Below are positions 19,538 to 28,791 of a DNA stretch of 64,000 nucleotides, in pieces. The position numbers were made by a program, and so were the translations under genes. The notes under the pieces are model-generated. The model saw nothing but the letters and a program-made list of their open reading frames with translations, searched no databases and had not been told where the DNA came from. Each line of letters begins with the position of its first letter. The first letter of the stretch is position 1. The stretch covers positions 25,158 to 89,157 of the forward strand of contig CAYSAM010000002.1 in the NCBI GenBank assembly GCA_964429015.1. Reading direction: 5' to 3'. Source of the stretch: an uncultured Pseudomonadales bacterium (GTDB lineage Bacteria > Patescibacteriota > Microgenomatia > UBA1400 > MFAQ01).

Positions 19538-19873
19538 CTATCTTACCACCGCTCCAGGCTCTACAGACTCTGGCAAAAAAATCATTACTGGTTTTTCAGC
19601 ACCATCTACCATAAGCACCATCCCTTCCGAAAACTCTTGCCCCATCTTTTTAGGTGTCATATTTAAAATCACTGGCACTTTCTTACCTACCAATTCTTCG
19701 GGTGAATAAAAAGATCTAATTCCAGAAAACAGAGTTTTTTTACCAATCTCCTCACCAAAATCAATTTTGTAGCGAATAAGTTTCTCGCTCCACTCGGGTG
19801 CGTCCGCTTCCACAATCACCCCTGCTCTAATTTCTAACTTTCCAAAATCATCATAATTTATTAGATCTTTCAT
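19538..19873 (-). CDS. tRNA-binding protein (CsaA/EMAP-like OB-fold domain)
   Basis: DFGKLEIRAGVIVEA...GKKVPVILNMTPKKMG matches the Trbp111/MetRS C-terminal-like tRNA-binding domain. Confidence 0.65.
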   Translation of the reverse strand: MKDLINYDDFGKLEIRAGVIVEADAPEWSEKLIRYKIDFGEEIGKKTLFSGIRSFYSPEELVGKKVPVILNMTPKKMGQEFSEGMVLMVDGAEKPVMIFLPESVEPGAVVR

Positions 19874-20871
19874 ATTTTTTTAATTCCAATTACCTTATAA
19901 ACCTCCTCCAAAGTTGCATTGGCTACCATTGCCGCCTTCCCTGCTCCGGTTCTCAGAATCTCTCTCACTTCATCCAAGTTGTTTTCCAACTCAACTCTTC
20001 TTTTTCTTGCTTGTTCAAAAGTTCTCTGGTGTGCCTCAAACAATCGATCTTTAACCTCTACATCCCCAACAGCACCCTGTCGATATCTTTCTTTCAAAGA
20101 ATTCACCTCATCTCGGTTGTCGTTCAACAAATCATGAAAGATAAATACAGGGTTACCCTCTACCTTTCCAGGATCTGTAGCTTTCAGCCTATTAGGATCA
20201 GTAAAACATCCTTTTATCTGCTTCCTAATTACTTCAGGATCATCAAAAATACCAATCACGTTTCCTAAACTCTTACTCATCTTTCTTTCACCATCGGTTC
20301 CTATTACCCTACCTGTATCCTTAGATATAAGCGGTTCAGGCAACTTCAAAGTGTCCACAGCATAAGACCTGTTAAAGCTCTCTGCCATATCTCGAGTTAT
20401 TTCTACGTGTTGTCTTTGGTCCTCTCCTACAGGTACGCCATCTGGCTTATATAGTAGTATGTCCGCAGCCATCAGTATCGGATAGTTAAAAAGCCCCATG
20501 TTTATCGACTCTACACTTGCCCCCTTAGAAAGTTTATCCTTAAAGGCGTGCATTCTCTGCATATGGCCATAGGTTACGTAATTACCAAGCACTACCATCA
20601 ATTGAGAGTGAGCTGGTACGTCAGATTGGCGAAAAAAGACACATTTACTAGGATCAAGGCCCAAAGCCAAATAATCCAGAACCACGCTAATTATGTTTTT
20701 CTCTAGATCCTCTTTTTTCTGAACCGTTGTCAAAGCGTGCAAGTCTGCAACAAAATAGTATGCTTCATGGGTCTCCTGAAGCTCAATCTGAGGCTTAACC
20801 GCCCCAAAGTAGTTCCCAATATGCAAAGCGCTCCCACTTGGAGTAATACCAGACAATATCCTCTTTTTCAT
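19870..20871 (-). CDS. trpS: Tryptophanyl-tRNA synthetase
   Basis: ILSGITPSGSALHIGNYFGAV (HIGH-class motif region) and KMSKSLGN. Confidence 0.9.
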   Translation of the reverse strand: MKKRILSGITPSGSALHIGNYFGAVKPQIELQETHEAYYFVADLHALTTVQKKEDLEKNIISVVLDYLALGLDPSKCVFFRQSDVPAHSQLMVVLGNYVTYGHMQRMHAFKDKLSKGASVESINMGLFNYPILMAADILLYKPDGVPVGEDQRQHVEITRDMAESFNRSYAVDTLKLPEPLISKDTGRVIGTDGERKMSKSLGNVIGIFDDPEVIRKQIKGCFTDPNRLKATDPGKVEGNPVFIFHDLLNDNRDEVNSLKERYRQGAVGDVEVKDRLFEAHQRTFEQARKRRVELENNLDEVREILRTGAGKAAMVANATLEEVYKVIGIKKI

Positions 20872-20873
20872 AG

Positions 20874-20947
20874 TAGCTGGGGCGAGATTCGAACTCGCGC
20901 TCTTCGGTTTATGAATCCGATGCTTTAACCAACTAAGCTACCCAGCC
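20874..20947 (-). tRNA. tRNA-Met (anticodon CAT; elongator-type, alternatively a lysidine tRNA-Ile2)
   Basis: Manual fold of the reverse complement: acceptor GGCTGGG/CCCAGCT (G1-U72), D-arm GCTT/AAGC, anticodon loop TTCATAA (CAT), T-arm GCGAG-TTCGAAT-CTCGC, discriminator A, no encoded CCA. The 31-39 A-A mismatch was noted. Confidence 0.7.
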
Positions 20948-20989
20948 TCAACTATTTATTTTATCATCACCTAGCCTCAAATCACTCTG

Positions 20990-21112
20990 AGGTGTCACAG
21001 TTACCTAAATCATGCTAAAATAAGCTCGTTCCCTATTTGCGGGGGGAAGGTAAGTATCTTGCAGGGCTCATAATCCTGCTTAACCGGGGGGCGGAACCTC
21101 GGCCCCGCAACA
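20990..21112. ncRNA. GC-rich structured intergenic segment, possible small ncRNA or degraded tRNA-like remnant
   Basis: GCGGGGGGAAGG...GCAGGGCTCATAATCCTGC...CCGGGGGGCGGAACCTCGGCCCCGC forms several GC stems and stands out in an AT-rich genome. No family was assigned. Confidence 0.2.
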
Positions 21113-21116
21113 CAAT

Positions 21117-21503
21117 TCAAAAATCGCGATAGAACACCAATTCTTTCCACTTCTCCCAGTTTTCTATATCTCTTTTTTCATTTTCTGAACCTATAGTTTT
21201 ACTTAATTTCTTGGGCAAAACCACTACCACTTCATCAGTTCTTTGCATATTTAGCTTTTCTCTAATCAACTTCTCCTTGTGCTCATCAGAGCTCACCTCA
21301 GTAAATTTAGCCACAAGCCTTTGATTCTCCTTGAGTACACTTTCTAGTCTACGCTCAGACTCTTTTATGCGCTCAAAACCACGCCTAGTCAGCCACAAAT
21401 CTCTAGCCATTGATATTATTAAAAACCACACAAATCCCAAAAATACCCATCCCACCCACCATTTTGCCTCATGTTGTTTTTCCTTTCGTATTAGCCCTTG
21501 CAT
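21117..21503 (-). CDS. Septum formation initiator (FtsB/DivIC-family)
   Basis: Single TM (WWVGWVFLGFVWFLIISM), a coiled coil, then the family C-terminal motif IREKLNMQRTDEVVVVLP. The start is set at the internal Met to avoid overlap with the divergent recombinase gene. Confidence 0.55.
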   Translation of the reverse strand: MQGLIRKEKQHEAKWWVGWVFLGFVWFLIISMARDLWLTRRGFERIKESERRLESVLKENQRLVAKFTEVSSDEHKEKLIREKLNMQRTDEVVVVLPKKLSKTIGSENEKRDIENWEKWKELVFYRDF

Positions 21504-21537
21504 TAGTAGACCTAGAGTGTTATAATAGACGTCACAT

Positions 21538-22404
21538 ATGGAACAAAACGCCAAAGCCGCTATAAATAGCTTCAAAGAGAACCTTGCCAAACAAGGTAGA
21601 GCTTCTGCTACCATTCTAGCCTACAGTAAGGATATAGAGCAACTAACCGATTTTATCGGCAAAAGTGGCAAAGCTTCTCTAAAAGAGATCACCAAAGCTG
21701 ATATTGACGCTTTCAAAGAAGATCTTTCTCAAAAGAACTACACTACCAAGTCTATTTCCCGCAAAATCAACTCCATCAAGAGCTTTTTTGCCTACATACA
21801 AATAAATGGTGTTATCGTAGATAACCCTGCCACAGAAGTAACCCACCCCAAGTACGACATCAAACCTCCAAGGTTGTTAAATAAGCTCGAATACCGCGCC
21901 CTAAGAGACGTTTGCAAAGACGATCTTCGTATGGCAGCCATAGTTGAACTTCTCCTCCAAACTGGTATGAGAATTTCAGAGCTTGCCAACTTAAGACTAA
22001 AAGATATCAACCACGAAACCAACCAGCTTACTATTAAGGCTTTCGAATCTCATCCAGAGCGTACCATCCCTTTCAATCAGCCAGCCAAAGAAGCGCTCGA
22101 TAAATATCTAACTGTGAGACCAAAAAGTCAAAATGATAGTGTTTTCATCACCAAAACTGGTAACACTTTCTTAATTCGTAACATTCGTTCTAACTTGGAC
22201 AGCTACTTCCATATTGCCGGTATCCAAAACGCCAAAGTAAACGACTTAAGACACACTTTTATTGCTCAACAGCTTACCTCAGGCAGTCCTTTAGTCTACA
22301 TCAGCAAGCTAGTTGGCCACAAAAGATTGTCCACAACTGAAAAATATCTGGAATTCATCTCCGAAAAACCAGCTAAGGACAAACCAAAACTTATCGACCT
22401 GTAA
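21538..22404 (+). CDS. Tyrosine site-specific recombinase (XerC/XerD / phage-integrase family)
   Basis: N-terminal SAM-like core-binding domain. Catalytic region RISELANLRLKDI ... LRHTFIAQQL ... GHKRLSTTEKYLEF (R..H-x-x-R..Y). Confidence 0.85.
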   Translation: MEQNAKAAINSFKENLAKQGRASATILAYSKDIEQLTDFIGKSGKASLKEITKADIDAFKEDLSQKNYTTKSISRKINSIKSFFAYIQINGVIVDNPATEVTHPKYDIKPPRLLNKLEYRALRDVCKDDLRMAAIVELLLQTGMRISELANLRLKDINHETNQLTIKAFESHPERTIPFNQPAKEALDKYLTVRPKSQNDSVFITKTGNTFLIRNIRSNLDSYFHIAGIQNAKVNDLRHTFIAQQLTSGSPLVYISKLVGHKRLSTTEKYLEFISEKPAKDKPKLIDL

Positions 22405-22750
22405 ACCGCTTCAAAGCGTCCAGTGTTGATTGTGATAAAAAGCTCAAAACAGCTCCCATTTTATCCATAGATCCTACTGCCAATGCCAACCAACCCGATA
22501 CTTTTTTTCGGGAATCCTCTACTATCAAAAAGGCATTCCTTACACCAGATATTTCTAGCTGCTCACCCGTTACCTCATCTTCAATAAAAATCGTTACAGG
22601 ATTACCACTCTTACCCAAGTCAAGGTCACCATTAACCATCATTCCCTGAGGCCATACCCTATTTTGGGCATAGTCAATATCTTCACGCATCTCACCAGAA
22701 ACTTTCAAAAATCTGTCTTGTACCTTTTTCTTAGACTTCTTTTTAATCAT
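22391..22750 (-). CDS. Hypothetical protein
   Basis: 119-aa ORF with a Lys-rich N-terminus and no recognisable motif. Confidence 0.3.
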   Translation of the reverse strand: MIKKKSKKKVQDRFLKVSGEMREDIDYAQNRVWPQGMMVNGDLDLGKSGNPVTIFIEDEVTGEQLEISGVRNAFLIVEDSRKKVSGWLALAVGSMDKMGAVLSFLSQSTLDALKRFTGR

Positions 22751-22772
22751 TAGCTATTTTACACATTATTAG

Positions 22773-22846
22773 TTTTAGGATGTGGGTCGACCTGGATTCG
22801 AACCAGGGACATCGAAGGTATAAGCTTCGCGCTCTAACCAGCTGAG
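22773..22846 (-). tRNA. tRNA-Ile (anticodon TAT / UAU)
   Basis: Manual fold: GGGTCGA-TA-GCTC-AGCTGGTTA-GAGC-G-CGAAG-CTTATAC-CTTCG-ATGTC-CCTGG-TTCGAAT-CCAGG-TCGACCC-A. All stems are Watson-Crick. The loop CTTATAC gives U33, anticodon UAU, A37. Confidence 0.65.
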
Positions 22847-22922
22847 CTATCGACCCAATAAGATATATTCTACCGCAACACACGTAATCTGACATCTGTG
22901 ATCTGTGATCTGTGATCCAATC

Positions 22923-25268
22923 TTACAGCTTCGATCTCTTCTCTATCTCTTCTTCTACTTCGTCAGCATCTCTACCAAATTTAAGTCGAGACAATTCTTT
23001 CACCATTCTAGCTACTTCAGGGCTACCTGCTGCCTTTTCTGCCTTTAAGTCCCTACCAACATTCATAGAAAATGGTGGAACCGGTGTTCCGTTTACAATA
23101 GTTTTTACGTAAATGTTTTGTGCTGGCACATTCCCCAAGTCGTTTTCATTAAAAACCGGCTCAAACTCCTTGGCTAATATCGAAGCGTCTTGTACACCCA
23201 CTCTGTAAGTCATCTGAGTTCCAGAGTTTCCAAAAATAGCATCTCTTACCTGTTCTTCAAGTTGACTCACAAACTGATTAGCCATAATTAACCCCATTCC
23301 ATACTTTCTAACCTCTGAAAGCATCTGGGCAAAATCCGGGGTGGCAAAGTTCTGAAACTCGTCAACATAAAAGTAAAAGGGTCTTCTTTCTTCCCTTGCT
23401 AATTCTTGTCGCGAAAGGGCAGCTGCCAAAATCTTTGGCACAATCAAGTTCCCCAAAAAGCTAGAGTCCTCTTCGCCAAGCAATCCCTTTGCCAGTTTCA
23501 AAAACACAATCTTACCCTGATCCATAGCCTCACGCATATTTAAAGTACTCTTTGCCTGGCCAATAATATTTCTAATCATTTTGTTAGTTACAAAACGACC
23601 AAACTTGGACGAAATATAGTCCAAAGTTTCACTTTTATGAAAATCGCTCGTCTGAGCAATTTGATCTGTCCAGTAGCGCCTTACAATTGGATCTTTTACC
23701 AACGGTAATATTTCCTGCACATACTTTTGGTCAGTTAACACTCTATTTACCTCAACAAAAGTTGCTCCTGGCACACAGCCAACAGTAAGCATTGCGTTAC
23801 GCACAGCATGTTCAAACCGCGCTCCTACCATACCAGTTCTATTAGGATCAAAAAGTTTATACATCAAATTAATAATCGAAGAAGCCACTTGGTACATTTC
23901 GTCATAATGTTGTACTTCCAACAAGTTAAAACCAATTGGCCTTTCTTTATCTGAAGGATCAAAAAGTATAACGTCTTCAGCCCTCTCAGGTGGAACCAGC
24001 TCTAGCAACTCTTCAATACCATCTCCGTGTGGCTCCATAAAACAAAGACCTCTTCCTGCTCTCATGTCTTGTAAAATCATCGATTTCAAAAGTTCAGTTT
24101 TACCAGTACCAGTCTTACCAATAATATACATATGCCTCATCCTGTCCGCCTCACTTATGTAAATATTTCTTTCTTGACCTCTATAAATTGACCTCCCTAG
24201 CCACAAGCCCTCAGAGGGAAATCCACCTGTTGCGGGAGCACTCTTTGCCGTTAGCCAATATATGTGTGGGGTTTCAATTGTTTTATTGGGTAAGTGCCAT
24301 ATAGCGGCCAGCTCATCAGTCGACAGTATAGAGTTGTTACCCCACATGTTTTGATAACGATAAATAATATCCAGCATAAACGAATGTTTAAAGCGAATCT
24401 TACCCCCACTAAAACTGTTTTGATTACCATTAAACTGAGAAAAGACACCTTTTAAATTACTTATATTTGCCTTTGCTGTTTCTTTGTTAGGTGAAATGCT
24501 TACCAAGCGAATACTTGTCAAAAATCCTTGCTTATTACATTTTGCCGAAATTGCCTCCATATCCTGAGGATTCATTTTATACTTTGCCTTCTCCGGATCA
24601 GACTCATCCTTTTTAAGTTTAGAAATATAACCCAAACCAGACTTTGACCACAAAGACTCAGCAGGGGAAATAATAATTTGGATAATCGCTGCTTCATCAT
24701 CACCAAACTTAGCTAATGCAGAAGTTAAAGAAGACAAAAAATCTACTGGCATCTCCTTAAAGGATTTTAGAGGTTTAAATGACTCATTTTTCAAAGTCAG
24801 CTCAGAAAACTCAATTTTTGCATCCTTATAAAAAACATTGTATTCATCTACCTGTACTACTTGTGTTCCCGGGTAAGTCCCTACTACCATTTTTTCAATT
24901 AGCTCAACATTATTTTTGTGACAAGAAATATAAAATCTTATATCCTCTTTTTTGCCAACCACCTCCAAAGAGAGATGTTGTTGGGCTGCAAATTTTTGCC
25001 AAAAGCCACTTTTTTTGAGTGAGTATAAGGAGCTGAACATCTGCTCCACCGCCTCCACCTTTATTTCATTATCTCTAGGTACTGCTATCTCTAGTAATAC
25101 AAAATTCATACTCACTTCTTCTCTGTTTCGAAATCGAAGCCAAATCACAAATATCATCCAACAAAAAATCAAAGAGGCGACAACCAACAGCACCCCCAAA
25201 ATCAAAACCAAAAAATACTGCAACCAATAAGCACTAATCATATTCATTGCTTGGGCTATAAAAAACAC
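22923..25268 (-). CDS. VirD4/TraD/TraG-like coupling-protein-family ATPase (FtsK-HerA superfamily) with N-terminal TM segments
   Basis: N-terminal hydrophobic helices. Walker A YIIGKTGTGKTELL. Walker B/DEF YFYVDEFQNF followed by LSEVRKYGMGLIMANQFVSQL...YRVG, matching the RKxGxxxxxxxQ region of T4SS coupling proteins. A ~350-aa N-terminal region of unknown function. Confidence 0.5.
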   Translation of the reverse strand: MFFIAQAMNMISAYWLQYFLVLILGVLLVVASLIFCWMIFVIWLRFRNREEVSMNFVLLEIAVPRDNEIKVEAVEQMFSSLYSLKKSGFWQKFAAQQHLSLEVVGKKEDIRFYISCHKNNVELIEKMVVGTYPGTQVVQVDEYNVFYKDAKIEFSELTLKNESFKPLKSFKEMPVDFLSSLTSALAKFGDDEAAIIQIIISPAESLWSKSGLGYISKLKKDESDPEKAKYKMNPQDMEAISAKCNKQGFLTSIRLVSISPNKETAKANISNLKGVFSQFNGNQNSFSGGKIRFKHSFMLDIIYRYQNMWGNNSILSTDELAAIWHLPNKTIETPHIYWLTAKSAPATGGFPSEGLWLGRSIYRGQERNIYISEADRMRHMYIIGKTGTGKTELLKSMILQDMRAGRGLCFMEPHGDGIEELLELVPPERAEDVILFDPSDKERPIGFNLLEVQHYDEMYQVASSIINLMYKLFDPNRTGMVGARFEHAVRNAMLTVGCVPGATFVEVNRVLTDQKYVQEILPLVKDPIVRRYWTDQIAQTSDFHKSETLDYISSKFGRFVTNKMIRNIIGQAKSTLNMREAMDQGKIVFLKLAKGLLGEEDSSFLGNLIVPKILAAALSRQELAREERRPFYFYVDEFQNFATPDFAQMLSEVRKYGMGLIMANQFVSQLEEQVRDAIFGNSGTQMTYRVGVQDASILAKEFEPVFNENDLGNVPAQNIYVKTIVNGTPVPPFSMNVGRDLKAEKAAGSPEVARMVKELSRLKFGRDADEVEEEIEKRSKL

Positions 25269-25599
25269 GCCCAGGGTATTTTTTAATCATCATCAAGCAC
25301 CACTCGGCGAGCCATCGCATTCCACTCTGAGTGTCCGCCTTTAAGCCATCAGTCAAATTTCCCTCATTCAGGGGTAACACTATTTTCTTAGGGGCGGGCG
25401 CTAATATTCCAGAAGTTTGTTGATTTACATTCTTAGTTGTTACATCAGCCACTCCAGGTTTAGCTCCGTTATTTTGGTTATCCTGGCCAGAGGTTTCAGT
25501 ACTCTTTTCAACTTTTTCTATATAGCTTTCCACCTCTCTTATAGCAACCGCTTCAGGAGAGTCTATTCGACGTTCTATTTCCTTACCCATAGAAGGCAT
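25234..25599 (-). CDS. Hypothetical protein, overlapping the upstream end of the ATPase gene
   Basis: 121-aa ORF with a low-complexity Q/N/T-rich middle. It has a 35-nt overlap with the following gene, suggesting co-transcription. Confidence 0.3.
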   Translation of the reverse strand: MPSMGKEIERRIDSPEAVAIREVESYIEKVEKSTETSGQDNQNNGAKPGVADVTTKNVNQQTSGILAPAPKKIVLPLNEGNLTDGLKADTQSGMRWLAEWCLMMIKKYPGRVFYSPSNEYD

Positions 25600-25876
25600 A
25601 TCTAACTATACCAATTTTCAAGACAATATTCGATACTCACAAAATACACACATATATAACAAAAACTATAATGATAATCAACTGTCAAGGTCAAAGTAGG
25701 TAAAATTATTAAGAAAAAAATCAAACACAACAAAAAAAGATTGATACAAGGCAATTTTACAACCAAAACACTACATTATCAATGTCAACAAAAGAGTGAT
25801 AGTAAACAAATTTACCTAACTAAATTAAAGTTTAATTTTTCTCACAAGTCAATTCCCACCTAAATAGCTCAAAATA

Positions 25877-25917
25877 GATCAAAGACTCTCCTATAGTATC
25901 AGGAAAAGTCTTTGATC
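25877..25917. terminator. Perfect 10-bp inverted repeat (GATCAAAGAC...GTCTTTGATC) followed by a T8 run; terminator-like hairpin downstream of nrdJ
   Basis: Read directly. The T-run is on the + side (25921-25928). It sits in the longest non-coding AT-rich stretch of the window (25600-25926). Confidence 0.35.
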
Positions 25918-25926
25918 TCCTTTTTT

Positions 25927-28203
25927 TTAAATTTTTCCCTCTGAATAGTCTATATCACAGGCACCAGCAACACAAGCAAGTTCTTGAGCTGCCTTTGTAT
26001 AGTCCTCTTCTTCGTAACGGTAAAGCTTACTAAAGTCTATGGCAGGAAAAACAGCAGCCAGTTTTTCATACTCAGCCAACGAAATCTCTTGATAAGGCAT
26101 CTGAGCATAAGCTGCATCGAATGCTGGTAAAAAAGCCATACCTCCTATCAAATCTCTATGATCCCAAACCCACTTAACCAAGTCAATTACTTCGTGCGGG
26201 TAATAGGTAATCGTTACACTGGGGTTATGCTCTGTCCAATTAATTTTATTTTGAAGCCAATAATTACACTGATCAATTGCCGACATACTCTTTCTCAACT
26301 TTGCTCCATCTGGCGACTTTACGGGGAAGTGAACTACAAAAGTATTAGCACTTTCAAAGCTCTGACCATTTTCCGGATCCATAGGCACACCTTCATCTTT
26401 TAGAACCTTATATATCGGTGAGTGAGTACTCACTCGAATATTTCTAACATAGTTAGCTGCCCACCTAGCATGAATCCCTGAGGAACAATTAAATAGTTGC
26501 GAAGAGTTTCCAGATGGCTTCACACAAGTCACAGCAGCTGCTTGATTGATACCCAACTTTTCTGCATAAACTCTGTTTGTTTCAATAGCCACCTGCCTCA
26601 ATCTACCTTGTACTGCAGGATCTTGTGCCACCAAGCTATCGAGCTGACCATTTATATCTACTCCCAACAACCTTTCTTCTTCACAATTTTTCTTCCATGT
26701 AGGGCGAAGTCCGGGGAAGTTGGTTGCCATAGCTTGAATCGTTCCTATTATCGCCGCCACTTCTACTTTATCTTTCAAAGATTCATACGTATCCTCTTTT
26801 CGAGCTATAGCAATTGACAAATTACAAAACTCATATGGACGCAAAATAATTTCCCCACATGGATTTGTTCCAAACTCCGCCTCTGCTCTTCTAGCTGGTC
26901 GCATATTTATAGCTCCTTGTCTGTTAAAAATGCCTGGCTCTCCTCTACCATTTTCCACCATCTCCATCATTTGTTTAACTATATCTAGTTGAGTTAATCC
27001 CTGAGAAGGCCAAACTGCACTATTGTTGGCATTCCATCGTTGACTATTGTCGCGCTCAAAATCCCCAGACTTGCAATTCCTCATCTCCGCGTCATCAAAA
27101 TCAAAAAGCGAAATCATTGCCGTTCTTCTCATCCCCCCCGAAACAGCCGCATTTCCTACCTCGCACATAATGTCATGGGCATCAAGTGGTCTCAAAAAAC
27201 TCCCTTGTCGTGATAAAACCCTCTCTCTCACAAACTCCATCATTTTTCTAAAAGGTTCAGGACCAGACGATCTACCACCTTTAATTCTTAATATTGCTCC
27301 TGCTGGCCTCAAAGCCGAATAGTCAAAACTTACATCACCACCTTCAAACCAGGTCTGCAAACCAAGCCTCAAAGCGTCTGCCCACCCTTCGGTTGTATCT
27401 TCAACTAGGCAATACAAAGGCTCTCCTCCTATTTGTCTTTTAACTCTGGGTAGATTTTCTACATACTTACTTTCCACCGAAAACCCCACTCCGCAGCCAT
27501 TCATTGAGATAAGCAACGCTTCCACAAAAGAATCCAAACTATCTACGGGCTGATAAGAGCAGTTATAGATTCCAATATTATTTCTCCTTGCGGCAGGCCC
27601 AGCCATCGCCAAAAGCCTCATCGAAGGTGCCGCCTTCATCTCCAATACTGATTTTCTAATCCTTTCATAATCAGATGCTTGTAACTTGTTTTCAGAAATT
27701 TCGCTCAAATAGCTCACTGCCCTGTCCACAGTTTCTCGCCAAGTTTCCCTTCTTCCTAGGTCATAGTTAAATCTAGAATACTTATCAAAAAACTGAAATT
27801 TTTGTATTTGGTTACCAAAATATTTATCACTTTCAGCAAACGCAGCCTGAACTTCAGCCGGTACAGGTCTCACCTCTCTCAGTTTTGCATGCTCTGCTCT
27901 ATACAAAATATAACTTTTTGCCGCCTCAAACTCACCAGCAGCCTGCAAAACAACCTCTACCGCATCTTGTACTTGTTCAACTGTAGGCTTCTCAAACTTA
28001 CTACCAACCAAATTTACTACCCTACTAATTAGTTCTTCAAAAGAAACACTAGGGATAGAATCAATATCTCTAAAACATGCTTCTATTGCCTTTTTTATTT
28101 TATCTACCTCAAAAGCCACCACTCTTCCGTCTCTCTTGGTAATAGAGGTCGGAATTCTTGCCACTATCTTTGTTCTAATCTTTTTTTTGAATTTTTTTAT
28201 CAT
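25927..28203 (-). CDS. nrdJ: Adenosylcobalamin-dependent ribonucleotide reductase (class II, NrdJ)
   Basis: NPCGEIILRPYEFCNLS (class II RNR active-site Cys motif). N-terminal ATP-cone-like region. 758 aa. Confidence 0.85.
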   Translation of the reverse strand: MIKKFKKKIRTKIVARIPTSITKRDGRVVAFEVDKIKKAIEACFRDIDSIPSVSFEELISRVVNLVGSKFEKPTVEQVQDAVEVVLQAAGEFEAAKSYILYRAEHAKLREVRPVPAEVQAAFAESDKYFGNQIQKFQFFDKYSRFNYDLGRRETWRETVDRAVSYLSEISENKLQASDYERIRKSVLEMKAAPSMRLLAMAGPAARRNNIGIYNCSYQPVDSLDSFVEALLISMNGCGVGFSVESKYVENLPRVKRQIGGEPLYCLVEDTTEGWADALRLGLQTWFEGGDVSFDYSALRPAGAILRIKGGRSSGPEPFRKMMEFVRERVLSRQGSFLRPLDAHDIMCEVGNAAVSGGMRRTAMISLFDFDDAEMRNCKSGDFERDNSQRWNANNSAVWPSQGLTQLDIVKQMMEMVENGRGEPGIFNRQGAINMRPARRAEAEFGTNPCGEIILRPYEFCNLSIAIARKEDTYESLKDKVEVAAIIGTIQAMATNFPGLRPTWKKNCEEERLLGVDINGQLDSLVAQDPAVQGRLRQVAIETNRVYAEKLGINQAAAVTCVKPSGNSSQLFNCSSGIHARWAANYVRNIRVSTHSPIYKVLKDEGVPMDPENGQSFESANTFVVHFPVKSPDGAKLRKSMSAIDQCNYWLQNKINWTEHNPSVTITYYPHEVIDLVKWVWDHRDLIGGMAFLPAFDAAYAQMPYQEISLAEYEKLAAVFPAIDFSKLYRYEEEDYTKAAQELACVAGACDIDYSEGKI

Positions 28204-28219
28204 TTTTTATAATAATTTT

Positions 28220-28684
28220 TTAATTAATATCAATTTCGTTAACAAATTTTTTAAAGTCAATCAAACCAGAAAAATCCAAATAAACACTCGCAAAACGTAA
28301 ATAAGCAAACTTGTCAATTTTTTTAAGCTTTTCCATCACCATTTTCCCTATATCACAAGACCTTACCTCTGTAGACTTTCTAGACAACAACTTAGCCTCA
28401 ATTCTGTCTACAACCTCTTCAATTTTGTCCGTTCTCACATTTCTCTTATAACAAGCCTTTACTACTCCTTTAAGGAGTTTTTCCCTATTATATTGTTCTA
28501 CTCTTCCGCTTTTCTTAACCACCTTCAAATCAATATTCACTACCATCTCGTGAGTTGTAAATCTTTTGTTACATTTCAAACATTTCCTCCTCCTCCTTAT
28601 ACCATCACCAGAACTCAAAACCCTGCTCTCCAAAACAGATGTTTCTTCTTTATTGCAATATGGGCAGTTCATATAAATACACAA
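28220..28684 (-). CDS. nrdR: Transcriptional repressor NrdR
   Basis: Zinc ribbon CPYCN...CLKCNKRFTT followed by an ATP-cone. It sits immediately upstream of nrdJ on the same strand. Confidence 0.85.
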   Translation of the reverse strand: MCIYMNCPYCNKEETSVLESRVLSSGDGIRRRRKCLKCNKRFTTHEMVVNIDLKVVKKSGRVEQYNREKLLKGVVKACYKRNVRTDKIEEVVDRIEAKLLSRKSTEVRSCDIGKMVMEKLKKIDKFAYLRFASVYLDFSGLIDFKKFVNEIDIN

Positions 28685-28791
28685 TATCTAGTGTTCCTAT
28701 CATTATTGAAACACTACCACTAGTAATTCAACTATTACAAAATAAAACAAAGTCAAACAATGAACTCAATTTCCGCAAAATCTTCTCCCAA

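Noticed and set aside
21045-21112. Possible + strand tRNA (acceptor GCGGGGG/CCCCGC, anticodon loop CTCATAA)
   Set aside because: The D-arm region is only ~15 nt and no TPsiC stem-loop can be formed. It is not a functional tRNA, and is kept only as a low-confidence structured element.
22923-25268. Complete conjugative/ICE element
   Set aside because: Only a recombinase and a coupling-protein-like ATPase are present. There is no relaxase, VirB4 or other T4SS genes, and no recognisable att duplication within the window.
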